DNA from: Promethearchaeia archaeon
GTDB lineage: Archaea; Asgardarchaeota; Lokiarchaeia; Sigyniarchaeales; SOKP01
NCBI GenBank assembly: GCA_029856045.1
Contig: JAHQWG010000016.1
Location: forward strand, 288,001 to 352,000
Length of the DNA: 64,000 nt
Direction of reading: 5' to 3'
Position 1 is the stretch's first letter. Each line of letters begins with the position of its first letter. Under the pieces are notes generated by a model. It was not told where the DNA came from. It searched no databases and saw only the letters and a program-made list of their open reading frames with translations. Shown in pieces: positions 47,681 to 57,312 of this stretch. The translations under genes were made by a program, and so were the position numbers.

Positions 47681-49390
47681 TTATTTCGTTTCTTCTCGAA
47701 GCGCCCTTTTTAACACTTTACCTACTGTAGTTAGCGGAAGTTCGTCTCGAAATTCCCAAATTTTCGGATTCTCGTATTTCGAAAGATTTTTATTGCCATA
47801 TTCCTTTATATCTTCTTTTATTGAATCAGTTAATTGAACACCTTCTTTAAGTTTAACAACCGCCTTCACAATTTCACTCCCAGGTCGGTCTGGATCCTTA
47901 ATCCCAATGATAGCAACGAGTTCAATATCAGGATGTTTAACTAAAATATCTTCAACATGAACGCTGTATACTTTATAACCACTTACAATTAACATATCTT
48001 TTGTACGATCTACAATTTTAAGATATCCCTCTTCATCCATTACTCCAACATCACCTGTGTGAAACCAATTATCGATAATTGTTTGTGCATTTGCTTCAGG
48101 TTTCTCATAATATCCTCTAGTTACTTGTGGTCCTCTGCAGATTATTTCCCCAGGTTCCCCGATCCCAACTTGTTCACCTGTTTCTATATCAATGAGCCGG
48201 ATATCAGTATCAGACACTGGTAATCCAACAGTGCCAATTTTTTTTTTCCCAAAATAAGGATTCATTGTAAGAATGGGTGAAGTCTCGGTCATGCCGTATA
48301 CTTCTAAGACTTTATTTCCAGCTTCCATTTTTTTTTCATAGTCGATAATAGCTTCTGCTGGAAATGGTGCTGCTCCCGATACATAAATCTTAACATTGTC
48401 TAATACTGATCTAGGAATCTTTTTTCTTTTTGGATTATTCATTATCATGAGATATAATGTCGGTACATTGCAAATAATAGTAGGTTTTTTATCAATCATT
48501 TCTTCGATTAAATGATCAGTATCTCTTGGATTTGCAATTAATACTTGGGGATTTGAGACCCATACGGAAATCATACAAAATGCTAATCCCGCCAAATGAA
48601 AATAAGGGAAGGCAGATAAAAATACATCCTTACCAACTTCTACCGGTACCCAATTTGAGATCTGGGTCATGTTTGAAATTATATTAGCATGTGTAAGTTC
48701 TGTCCCCTTTGGGTATCCAGTTGTCCCTCCGGTATATTGTAAAAGTGCTAAATCATTATTTACGTCAATCGAGACTTCCTTCACATCAATAAGTGTATTC
48801 ATTACATCTTGAAATGGGATAACTTTCTTTCCTGGAAAAGGTTTCACTTTGCCTTTTGGAATCTTTTTTAATAATTTCCCAAGGAATACTACAAATTTTG
48901 AAAGCCCCATATATTCTGAAATATTCATATGTATTATAATCTCGAGGTTTGGTACTTTATCCAGGACTTTTTCAAGTACTTTTTCATAAATTGCATCTAA
49001 AGTTACAATAACCTTTGCCTTACTGTCATTTAACTGATATGTGATTTCTTCCTCACTTAAAAGGAACGAACAACCCGATGCCACTCCACCAGCTAATAAC
49101 GTTCCAAAGTGTGCAATTAGATATTGAGGACAATTTGGTAAATTAATAGCAACAACATCACCTTTCTTTAATCCATTTTGTTGCAAAAATGTAGCAAATT
49201 TATGAACAAACTCTCGAAGTTCTTTAAAAGTAATTTCTCTCTTCATGAACCAACATGCAGGCTGATCAGGAAATTTTGCCATTCCCTCATCAAAAGTTTT
49301 GCCAAGACTTTCAGTGGAATATTCCAAACTTGGTTTGACTGTTTCATCGTAGCTTTTAATCCAAATTTTTTCATCATACGCAGATGGAAT
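47681..49390 (-). CDS. Long-chain fatty acid--CoA ligase; start probably ATT at 49390
   Basis: YTGGTTGYPKG, VYGMTETSP, WFHTGDVG, DRTKDMLIVSGYKV, VGKVLKR; upstream in-frame YDEKIWIKSYD. Confidence 0.92.
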   Translation of the reverse strand: MPSAYDEKIWIKSYDETVKPSLEYSTESLGKTFDEGMAKFPDQPACWFMKREITFKELREFVHKFATFLQQNGLKKGDVVAINLPNCPQYLIAHFGTLLAGGVASGCSFLLSEEEITYQLNDSKAKVIVTLDAIYEKVLEKVLDKVPNLEIIIHMNISEYMGLSKFVVFLGKLLKKIPKGKVKPFPGKKVIPFQDVMNTLIDVKEVSIDVNNDLALLQYTGGTTGYPKGTELTHANIISNMTQISNWVPVEVGKDVFLSAFPYFHLAGLAFCMISVWVSNPQVLIANPRDTDHLIEEMIDKKPTIICNVPTLYLMIMNNPKRKKIPRSVLDNVKIYVSGAAPFPAEAIIDYEKKMEAGNKVLEVYGMTETSPILTMNPYFGKKKIGTVGLPVSDTDIRLIDIETGEQVGIGEPGEIICRGPQVTRGYYEKPEANAQTIIDNWFHTGDVGVMDEEGYLKIVDRTKDMLIVSGYKVYSVHVEDILVKHPDIELVAIIGIKDPDRPGSEIVKAVVKLKEGVQLTDSIKEDIKEYGNKNLSKYENPKIWEFRDELPLTTVGKVLKRALREETK

Positions 49391-49599
49391 TTCAATTCAC
49401 CAAAATTACTGATTTTTTATAATGAAAAAGATATATGTCTTATTAATATTTAAAATCATTCGTTAAATGGTTAAAAAATGACGAATTATATAAACTCCAT
49501 CCATTACTATTTGACCATTTCAAAAATAATAATAAAAAAAATGCAAATTATTTTACAAATAAATACTACTACTATTAAAGGATAAAAAAAAATTAAAAA

Positions 49600-51093
49600 T
49601 TAGATTTTATAGATGGGATAAAATTTTTTCTCTAAATAATCAATGAAATATTTAGAGTCTAAATCTTCTCCAGTTACTTTCTTTAATAAATCACGTGGTT
49701 CATAAATTTTACCATACTGATGAATATTTTCTCGTAAATAAGAAAGCAACGTTGAAAAGTGTCCTTTTTCAAATTCTTCTGGAAGATTTGGCTGTTTTTC
49801 TAACACTTTTGAATAGATTTGGGCACCATAGAGATTTCCCAAAGCATACGTAGGAAAGTAACCAAAACCTCCTCCTGACCAATGAACATCTTGTAAAACG
49901 CCATTTGCATCGTCAGAGGGTTTTATACCTAATAACTCCTCCATTTTTCGATTCCATATTTGAGGTAATTCTGAAGCCAAAATATCTTCACCGATGAGCT
50001 TCTTCTCAATTTCATACCTAAGAATTATATGTAAAGAATAGGTTACCTCATCAGCTTCAACTCTAATTAATGAGGGTTGAACTGAATTAATCGAGCGATA
50101 AAATTCCTCTTCAGGAAAATTCTTAAGGTTTTCTGGAAAATATTTTTTTAAAATTGGATACCAATATTTCCAAAATTCCCGGCTACGTCCCACTATATTC
50201 TCCCATAATCTTGATTGAGACTCATGAATTCCAGATGAAGTCCCTTCGGCGAGTATAGTGTCATGTATTTCCTTCTTAAAGCCCATTTCATACAATGCAT
50301 GACCACATTCATGAATAGTTCCAAAAAGACATGCTGGTAGGAACTTTTCCCAAATACGAGTAGTAATTCTTGTATCTGTCGATGATAACGATGTTGTAAA
50401 AGGATGAGTTGATTTATCTTGACGACCAAACTCAAAACTATAATTTAACTTTTTAAGTACTTCAACGCTAAAATCCCATTGTTTTTCTGGATCATAATAT
50501 TTTTTAAGAATTTCTTGGTTAGGTTTATCACTTGATGAATCAAGCTTTTTAATTATTCTTATCAAATGTGATTTTAAATCATTAAAAATTTTTAAAATCC
50601 AATCAGATTTAGCACCCGGCTCAAATTCATCAAGCATTGTATCATAACGTGTTGGTCCAATGTCAATTTTATCAGATTCTTGCTGTTTTAATGAAACTAA
50701 TTTTTCTAATACTGGTTTAAACATTTTAAAATCGTTTTTGGCTCTTGCTTTTTCCCACGTTTTATGCCCAATAGTGGTTGTTTTAGCTATTTCCTTCACT
50801 AATTCGTTAGGAACTCTTACTGCCCTATCATATTCTCTTCTTGCTTCTCTAAGCATCGCAACATCAATTAAACTTGGGTTGGATAATCCTTCAGCCTTCT
50901 TTATTATTTCTGCTGTCTTATCAGAAACCAATTTTTCGTGAATAATTCCCTCAAGCAAAGCAATTTGTTCACCTCGACCCTGACTTGCACCTGGAGGCAT
51001 ATATACTTGCATATCCCATCCTAATAAGTAAGCAATATATTTTAAACGTACAATTTCAGTAAAATGTTCGCGCAATTTTTTTATCGGATCCAT
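49600..51093 (-). CDS. Carboxypeptidase M32 family
   Basis: HPFT, HECGHALYE, GIHESQSR, IRVEADE, GVLQDVHW, GYFPTYALG. Confidence 0.96.
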   Translation of the reverse strand: MDPIKKLREHFTEIVRLKYIAYLLGWDMQVYMPPGASQGRGEQIALLEGIIHEKLVSDKTAEIIKKAEGLSNPSLIDVAMLREARREYDRAVRVPNELVKEIAKTTTIGHKTWEKARAKNDFKMFKPVLEKLVSLKQQESDKIDIGPTRYDTMLDEFEPGAKSDWILKIFNDLKSHLIRIIKKLDSSSDKPNQEILKKYYDPEKQWDFSVEVLKKLNYSFEFGRQDKSTHPFTTSLSSTDTRITTRIWEKFLPACLFGTIHECGHALYEMGFKKEIHDTILAEGTSSGIHESQSRLWENIVGRSREFWKYWYPILKKYFPENLKNFPEEEFYRSINSVQPSLIRVEADEVTYSLHIILRYEIEKKLIGEDILASELPQIWNRKMEELLGIKPSDDANGVLQDVHWSGGGFGYFPTYALGNLYGAQIYSKVLEKQPNLPEEFEKGHFSTLLSYLRENIHQYGKIYEPRDLLKKVTGEDLDSKYFIDYLEKKFYPIYKI

Positions 51094-51149
51094 AATATTA
51101 ACCTTTAAGAATGTTATTTAAAAGATTGTATTATTAAATTCGGTTTATG

Positions 51150-51253
51150 AGGGCTATGGGGGATATCCTAAAAAGAGCGAGATGCCCTTCTTGTTCGAAC
51201 CCCCGACCGACGGATTAAGAGTCCGCTGCGCTACCTGACTGCGCTAATAGCCC
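51150..51253 (-). tRNA. tRNA-Lys(CUU) with 30-nt non-canonical intron in the T-loop (intron 51164-51193)
   Basis: Acceptor GGGCTAT/ATAGCCC; anticodon arm GCGGA-CTCTTAA-TCCGT; GGGGG-TTCGAA[intron]T-CCCCC. Confidence 0.9.
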
Positions 51254-51270
51254 ATTTATTTCCAATTGAA

Positions 51271-51352
51271 CGCAGATGGAGGGATTTGAACCCCCGAGCG
51301 CTTGCGCGCACTGGCTCTCAAGGCCAGCGTCTTACCACTAGGCTACATCTGC
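51271..51352 (-). tRNA. tRNA-Ser(UGA)
   Basis: Acceptor GCAGATG/CATCTGC; anticodon arm CTGGC-CTTGAGA-GCCAG; long variable arm; GTTCAAATC; discriminator G. Confidence 0.95.
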
Positions 51353-51465
51353 ATTTACTTAAAATTAATAATAACTTAAATTAATTTTTCTTTTTTTTCA
51401 AATCTCTGATAAGGAAATTAGTGTTAAGATTACCAGTCCTTAAAAAAGAATATTTTGTATTTTTT

Positions 51466-52341
51466 CTATTTATCCTTTTTCTCTTTTTTTCTCTTTTTTG
51501 CATTCTTCTGCTGTTCTATTATGACATTACTTATAAATTGCGTTGTAGAATATGCAGATTCTGCTTCTCCAAGAGATATATCCTTTATGTCTTCAATTTG
51601 TGCTTCTTCTTCTGTAAATCCCATTTCATCCATTACATATTTTGCCGCACTTGATTTGTGTCTTGATGTTCGTAATTCAGCTCGCTGTAAATAGTAATGA
51701 CTAGTCATATGTAGGATTGTTCCACCATCTCCATAAGAAAAAGTAATTACAATAGGTGCTTCTCCGTATTTTTTTTCCATTTCTCTACTGGCTATAAGTA
51801 CTTTAACTTTTTCTTTATTAATTATCATAATTGGATAAGATAAACTCTCTAACCACCAAATGGGGTCAGCATCCGCCTGGAATAAACCTTCGAGAAATTT
51901 ATTGCTTTTATCTACAACTTCAACACTTACACAATCATCTCCCGTAGGTCTTTGATTATACTTTACGTATTCAGGAAAAATTTTTTCTAAAACATTCAAT
52001 AAGGCCCAATCTGTAGTAAATAAGAATCCTCCCTTTTTAACAAATTGCTCAATTTTCTGCAGCCCTTTATCATCAATATTTCCAGGACAGTTAATAATTA
52101 AAATTTGATCAGGACGTAAATTAATCTGATTAACATCATTTGGCTGAATTAATATATAAGGAACTTTTATTAGATCCAATACAAGTTCGATTTTATCATA
52201 ACTCCCAGCAACAATGATTATAGATGATTCTTCAACTTGCTTTAATACCTCTAAATCCATTGGACGCTCTTTTTCCATTCTTTTTTCCATTATTTTAGAA
52301 GAAGCTTGATATGCTTTTTTCATTTTATCATAACTTCCCAA
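51466..52341 (-). CDS. Hypothetical protein, class I glutamine amidotransferase-like fold
   Basis: GSYDKIELVL, ILIINCPG, FVKKGGFLFTTDWA, YGDGGTILHMTSH. Confidence 0.65.
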   Translation of the reverse strand: MGSYDKMKKAYQASSKIMEKRMEKERPMDLEVLKQVEESSIIIVAGSYDKIELVLDLIKVPYILIQPNDVNQINLRPDQILIINCPGNIDDKGLQKIEQFVKKGGFLFTTDWALLNVLEKIFPEYVKYNQRPTGDDCVSVEVVDKSNKFLEGLFQADADPIWWLESLSYPIMIINKEKVKVLIASREMEKKYGEAPIVITFSYGDGGTILHMTSHYYLQRAELRTSRHKSSAAKYVMDEMGFTEEEAQIEDIKDISLGEAESAYSTTQFISNVIIEQQKNAKKRKKEKKDK

Positions 52342-52491
52342 AAATCACACCACATTCATTTTATATTACTTTTAATTAATAATTTCTCATATATTTAAAA
52401 ATCTATTGCTAATTATATTCAAAATTCTGGATTTCTCTCAAAAATTATTTATTCTATCTTTCATTATCTAAGGTGTAAATGGAGGATTACA

Positions 52492-52968
52492 ATGGCAGAT
52501 AATTTTAGATATTTAATTCCCGAAAAGATTTATGATGATATCATACAAAAAGTCTCTGATGCATTGCCCTATATATTACGTGGTTGGGTCTTTGCTGATA
52601 GACGAGGAAATTTCGGAATTGTTAATAGAATTCATGTTGAAAATGAAAAAATGAGGTCAAAAGCACATAAACGGCCGAGAAGCTGGATGCGATACAAAAA
52701 AGCGAAAATCTACAATATGCGTAAGTTTAAACAAGATGAAGGAATCGACATAGCTTGGGAGTGGCATTCACATCCTTCAGGAAATGAGAAACTTCATATG
52801 ATCGATAAACAAATTCTTAACTATCTTTCTATGGGTGTCATGATTATAATTTGCCCAAAACTCAAATCCAACGATGATAAAGGTTCATTTATAGGTTGGT
52901 ATTACGATAAAAGGACAACAAAAAAACCCATCATTGATAAAATGGTATTCGAAATAATTTCTGAATAA
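52492..52968 (+). CDS. JAB/MPN-domain protein (atypical JAMM motif)
   Basis: WEWHSHPSGNEKLHMID; GGAGGA SD. Confidence 0.75.
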   Translation: MADNFRYLIPEKIYDDIIQKVSDALPYILRGWVFADRRGNFGIVNRIHVENEKMRSKAHKRPRSWMRYKKAKIYNMRKFKQDEGIDIAWEWHSHPSGNEKLHMIDKQILNYLSMGVMIIICPKLKSNDDKGSFIGWYYDKRTTKKPIIDKMVFEIISE

Positions 52969-53151
52969 TTTTTTTCAATATTCCCAATTTTTTATTTTAT
53001 TTTATGTAATATTTTAATTATTAATGATATTATATCTATTATTTATCAAGAAGTAAAAAGATATTTGCACGATGGTAAGTGTATATTTTTGGTATAGCAT
53101 TAATTTAGAATGCAATGAGTTATGATAAAGATATAAATGGTTTTGGAGTTT

Positions 53152-53236
53152 TGGCGCAGCCGGTGGGATTTGAACCCACGCAGGTTTCCCCACTGGATTA
53201 GCAGTCCAGCGCGCTACCAGGCTACGCGACGGCTGC
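53152..53236 (-). tRNA. tRNA-Ser(GCU), CCA encoded
   Basis: Acceptor GCAGCCG/CGGCTGC-GCCA; anticodon arm CTGGA-CTGCTAA-TCCAG; long variable arm. Confidence 0.95.
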
Positions 53237-53369
53237 AACCGAAAATATTCTCGTTTCTTAAAACTTAAGATAACTTAAAACTATTCTTAAGTAATAATAA
53301 TAAAAGTTTTTTATTATTTAGTTTTATATAGTCTAGATTAATTAAAGATTTTTTGAAAAGAAGCAGATG

Positions 53370-53441
53370 GAGCCCGTGATCTAGAGGTATGATGCCAGGT
53401 TTACACCCTGGATATCGAGGGTTCAATTCCCTCCGGGCTCA
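53370..53441 (+). tRNA. tRNA-Val(UAC)
   Basis: Acceptor GAGCCCG/CGGGCTC-A; anticodon arm CCAGG-TTTACAC-CCTGG; GAGGG-TTCAATT-CCCTC. Confidence 0.95.
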
Positions 53442-53454
53442 CTATAAATCTAAC

Positions 53455-54237
53455 CTAGTTCAATAAGTTCCTAAATTTTAGAGGTCTGATTGCACTTAGT
53501 TTTGAGAATTTTAATTTTTTTCCGATATGAGCAATAATACCAGGTGCGTTTGTGTCTTCTTTAAGAATAATGATATTTTCTAAGAACCCTAATTTTTTTA
53601 TTGTGATCACATCTTGGGTATGTCCTGTTATTGCTATTGCTTTTTTTACTTGAGCTCTAGTAGAGCCAGAAACAAATACCCTCTCTAACTTATCTAGAAA
53701 CCAATTGTTAATCATTTCTAATGTGTCTTTAGCAATAAGTCCCCGAATCTCTTTCTTACTTTGGGAAATTTCTTCAACTTTTACATGGATTGGAAAATTA
53801 TCAATGAAACCAAATGAGTCTATTATCTTTCTAAGTGAGTTTTTTTTACCTCTACATAATTGATTCCTTAGGGAGTGAAGATTAATTAATACATCGGTCG
53901 TTGGATATCTAATACTGCAATCAATAAAAATACCAAAACCAACTTTTTTTACACCAATTAAATATCCTTTTAAAACATCTCCTTTATGGATTTCATTAAA
54001 CCTAATTGTTGAGCCAATTTTTTGTTTTAACAAATTTTTAAAGAATTCCTCATCTTGCCCTTCAATTTTTATTTCAAGACGTTTTTCTTTTTTTCTATAA
54101 GCCTCAATTTCGATATTTACAGCCAATTCTCCTATTTCATTAGATAACATTTGTAAATACCTGTGAAAGAGGGAGTTAAAATCAGGATTTGGATCATAAC
54201 TATAAATTTTTTCGGCCAAAATAAGTTTTTGAACCAT
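53455..54237 (-). CDS. DUF2110-like archaeal protein with S1-like domain
   Basis: KVGFGIFID, FGFIDNFP, TRAQVKKAI..GHTQDV..LGFLE, TNAPGIIAHIG. Confidence 0.78.
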   Translation of the reverse strand: MVQKLILAEKIYSYDPNPDFNSLFHRYLQMLSNEIGELAVNIEIEAYRKKEKRLEIKIEGQDEEFFKNLLKQKIGSTIRFNEIHKGDVLKGYLIGVKKVGFGIFIDCSIRYPTTDVLINLHSLRNQLCRGKKNSLRKIIDSFGFIDNFPIHVKVEEISQSKKEIRGLIAKDTLEMINNWFLDKLERVFVSGSTRAQVKKAIAITGHTQDVITIKKLGFLENIIILKEDTNAPGIIAHIGKKLKFSKLSAIRPLKFRNLLN

Positions 54238-54308
54238 CTTTAAGTGAAATAAACCTACATTTTTAAAGAAATTTTCGTATAAAATTAATATAATTTTGAG
54301 GAATTAAT

Positions 54309-54686
54309 TTGAACGAATCAAAGTTTATTCAACTCGTTGATAAATTGAAGGAGGAATACGATGAAATAAAAGAAATTTTTCTCCTAGATTCCTTAGGAAA
54401 TATTATTTTTAAATCGGAGAATTTTAGTTTAAGTGAAAACGAGGCAAAAGAGATATTATATGCTTGGAAAAACAAAAAATCCTTTTTAAATTTTATGGGA
54501 AATCGTTTTCCAATTGTAAAATGGGCTGAGATTCAGCTAGCTGCAAAAAATATACATGGAGAAGGAAGTATATGTGGGTCAATCACTCCTGAGGGTGAAT
54601 ATTTTATTGCTCATATTCAAGAAAGTAAAGATTTACTTCTAATTGAATGGTCCATAATGATTAATAAACAAGTATGGGAAAAATAA
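54309..54686 (+). CDS. Profilin-like protein (Asgard profilin)
   Basis: 125 aa; IFLLDSLGNIIFKSENFSLSENEAKEILYAW, FMGNRFPIVK, LAAKNIHGEGSICG follow the profilin secondary-structure pattern. Confidence 0.72.
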   Translation: MNESKFIQLVDKLKEEYDEIKEIFLLDSLGNIIFKSENFSLSENEAKEILYAWKNKKSFLNFMGNRFPIVKWAEIQLAAKNIHGEGSICGSITPEGEYFIAHIQESKDLLLIEWSIMINKQVWEK

Positions 54687-54871
54687 TTTCCATCAACTAT
54701 AAATATTAATCACATTTATCCCAACTTCAAAATCAAAAATGTTTTTATATTTTATTTTAAAAAATTTTAAATTTTTTAATTTATATAATCCCTTAATAAG
54801 AAAAAGTAATAAAAAAATCTGAGAAAAATTAATAATAATTTTAAAAATTAAAATTTGGAGGAAAATTATAT

Positions 54872-55585
54872 ATGTTTGCTCAGCCAGGAAAAGGGTATGA
54901 TATGGCAATAACACAATTTTCTCCTGAAGGGAGATTATTCCAAGTAGAATATGCAATAGAGGCTGTACGCAGAGGTACTACTGCAATTGTTTGTAAAAAT
55001 GATGAGTCAGTAGTATTTGCTGTGGAGAAAAAATTTTCTAAACTTCAAGAACCGTGGGGTTCTGAAAAAATTTTCAAGATTGATGATCATATTGGAATTG
55101 CGATTAGTGGCTTAACCGCTGACGCTCGTGTTTTAATTGATAAAGCACGAATTCAAAGTCAAGTAAATATTTTGAGTTATGATGAAAAAATCTCTGTAAA
55201 AGATGTAACATTACATATTTGTGAATTTAAACAAGCATATACCCAAAATGCCGGCGTAAGACCATTTGGAGTATCTTTTCTAATCGGTGGTGTTGATTCG
55301 AATGGTCCCTCAATTTATTTAACCGACCCTTCGGGGGCGTCTTGGGGGTATAAAGCTCAAGCAATTGGTAGTGGAGCTACAGAAACTCGAGCTTTTTTAG
55401 AAAAAAATTATAAAAATAATTTGAGTGATGAAGAATTATTACTCCTCCCATTAAAAGCTCTACGCGAGATGATGGGTGATGATTTAAACCTTAATACATT
55501 TGATATTGGAGTAATTATGAGGGACGATCGTTTATTTAGGATGATGAACGAGAAAGAAAAGAAGGAATTATTAAATAAAGTCTAA
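54872..55585 (+). CDS. psmA: Proteasome alpha subunit
   Basis: GYDMAITQFSPEGRLFQVEYA, GLTADAR, RPFGVS, TDPSG. Confidence 0.97.
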   Translation: MFAQPGKGYDMAITQFSPEGRLFQVEYAIEAVRRGTTAIVCKNDESVVFAVEKKFSKLQEPWGSEKIFKIDDHIGIAISGLTADARVLIDKARIQSQVNILSYDEKISVKDVTLHICEFKQAYTQNAGVRPFGVSFLIGGVDSNGPSIYLTDPSGASWGYKAQAIGSGATETRAFLEKNYKNNLSDEELLLLPLKALREMMGDDLNLNTFDIGVIMRDDRLFRMMNEKEKKELLNKV

Positions 55586-55672
55586 ATAAAATCACAATAA
55601 TTTTGTTCTAAGTTTTGATTGGCAATATCTAGAAGTTTTAAAGATATAATTTTATTAATTTAAAAAAAGAAA

Positions 55673-56464
55673 ATGCTTAGAGACAGAGCTAGAATCGAAT
55701 TAGGAAATCATGTCATTGGAAGAATTGAAAAAGGCAATAAAACATTTGAAATGCTTTTAGATTCTGAAAAAGCATGGGCTGCTAAAAAGAAAATCAGAGA
55801 AGAAATTGAAAAAAAAATAAAAAAAGGGGATATTAAAACACGGTTAACTATTGATGATCTATTAAAATTTCAAGGTATTAATCTAGATTTAATTTTTGAG
55901 AGTTTTTCTGTTTTTGAAGATTTAAAAAGAGGTAAGAAAGCCCTTGATTCAGATATGCAAGATTTGCTTCAAACAACAGATCCCATGAGAATAGGAGCTG
56001 AAATTCTATTAAATGGTCAAATTCAATGGACTCAAAAGCAAAGAGAAGAGGAATCTCAAAAGAAAATGAAACAAATTATAAATTTAATAGCAAAAAATGC
56101 AATTAATCCTCAAAATAAGAAGCCTCATCCTCCAGAGAGAATTGAAAAAGCAATTGAACAATCTAAAGTAAAAATTGATATCATGAAGAATGCTGAAGAG
56201 CAAGTTGAAGACATTGTAAAAGCAATTCGGTCAATCATCCCAATTCGAATCGAACAAGTGCAATTGGCAATAAAAATACCTTCATCCTTTGCCGCAAAAG
56301 GTTATAATATGGTGGCTAGATATGGTGCTATAAAAAAAGAAGAATGGCAATCTGATGGATCCTGGGTATCAATTATTGATCTTCCTGCAGGACTGCAAGC
56401 TGAATTTTTAGATAAAATGAATAAATTAACCCATGGACGAGTACAAATAAAACCATTGAAATAA
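55673..56464 (+). CDS. Ribosome maturation factor SBDS/Sdo1
   Basis: AINPQNKKPHPPERIEKA, IPIRIE, EEWQSDGSW, KLTHG. Confidence 0.93.
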   Translation: MLRDRARIELGNHVIGRIEKGNKTFEMLLDSEKAWAAKKKIREEIEKKIKKGDIKTRLTIDDLLKFQGINLDLIFESFSVFEDLKRGKKALDSDMQDLLQTTDPMRIGAEILLNGQIQWTQKQREEESQKKMKQIINLIAKNAINPQNKKPHPPERIEKAIEQSKVKIDIMKNAEEQVEDIVKAIRSIIPIRIEQVQLAIKIPSSFAAKGYNMVARYGAIKKEEWQSDGSWVSIIDLPAGLQAEFLDKMNKLTHGRVQIKPLK

Positions 56465-56553
56465 TCTAATATAAGATCAGCAATGGATCTTTTCATAGAA
56501 TTTATTATTACTTTTTCTTAGTAAATAATTAATAAAAAAAAATAGAAGGTGAT

Positions 56554-57312
56554 TTGACTGTGGAAATTGAAGATATTGAGGAAATTGACAACGTTCAAAT
56601 GAAAGATAAAGAAATAGTTATTCCAGGAGAAGTTTTATCAGAAGATTTAACTAATTTTACTCCAGGAAGAGGTACTACAAAACAAGGCAAAAAAATTATC
56701 TCTTTATTTGTAGGGCTTAAAGTTATTAGAAAGAATTATATTAATGTTATTCCATTACGTGGAATATATACTCCTACTGAGGGAGATAAGGTTATTGGCG
56801 TAATAATAGATAAAAATCCTGTAAAATGGACATTAGATATTAATGCTAGAAATTGTGGAATTTTAAAACCAAGTAATACAGTTGAGAGAACTCAAAAATT
56901 TAAAAAAGGAAAACCTGACAGAGTACGTGAAACAACTGAAAAATTCAATGTTGGGGATGTACTAATAGTAAAAATCACACAAGCGGATAGATTACATCGT
57001 CCAGAATTAACAACTCAAGGGAAATATTTAGGCAAACGAAATTCAGGAAAACTTATTGAAATCCCTCCCCCCAAAATACCAAGAATTATAGGACGAAAAG
57101 GCTCGATGATTAATCTACTAAAAAATATGACTAATTGTAATATTTTTGTAACTCAAAATGGAAGGATCTGGATACAGGGGGATAATTTTGAGCATGAAAT
57201 GTTATTAATTGATACAATCCACAAAATTGAAACAGAAGCTCATACTTCTGGTTTAACAGATAGAATTAAGGAATTTATTATAAATGAAAAAATAAAAAGA
57301 GGTATAAATTAA
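56554..57312 (+). CDS. rrp4: Exosome RNA-binding protein Rrp4
   Basis: VIPGE, YTPTEGDKVIG, KIPRIIGRKGSMI, QNGRIW, EAHTSGLTDRI. Confidence 0.95.
   Translation: MTVEIEDIEEIDNVQMKDKEIVIPGEVLSEDLTNFTPGRGTTKQGKKIISLFVGLKVIRKNYINVIPLRGIYTPTEGDKVIGVIIDKNPVKWTLDINARNCGILKPSNTVERTQKFKKGKPDRVRETTEKFNVGDVLIVKITQADRLHRPELTTQGKYLGKRNSGKLIEIPPPKIPRIIGRKGSMINLLKNMTNCNIFVTQNGRIWIQGDNFEHEMLLIDTIHKIETEAHTSGLTDRIKEFIINEKIKRGIN

Noticed and set aside
51271-51352. tRNA with TGA in the anticodon loop as a possible tRNA-Sec or suppressor
   Set aside because: Anticodon UGA reads the Ser codon UCA. tRNA-Sec needs anticodon UCA and a longer acceptor stem.
51353-53151. Integrated element between tRNA genes
   Set aside because: No integrase, att duplication or compositional shift is visible.
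53014-53238. 74-aa ORF on the minus strand
   Set aside because: It overlaps tRNA-Ser(GCU); an artefact of GC-rich tRNA sequence.
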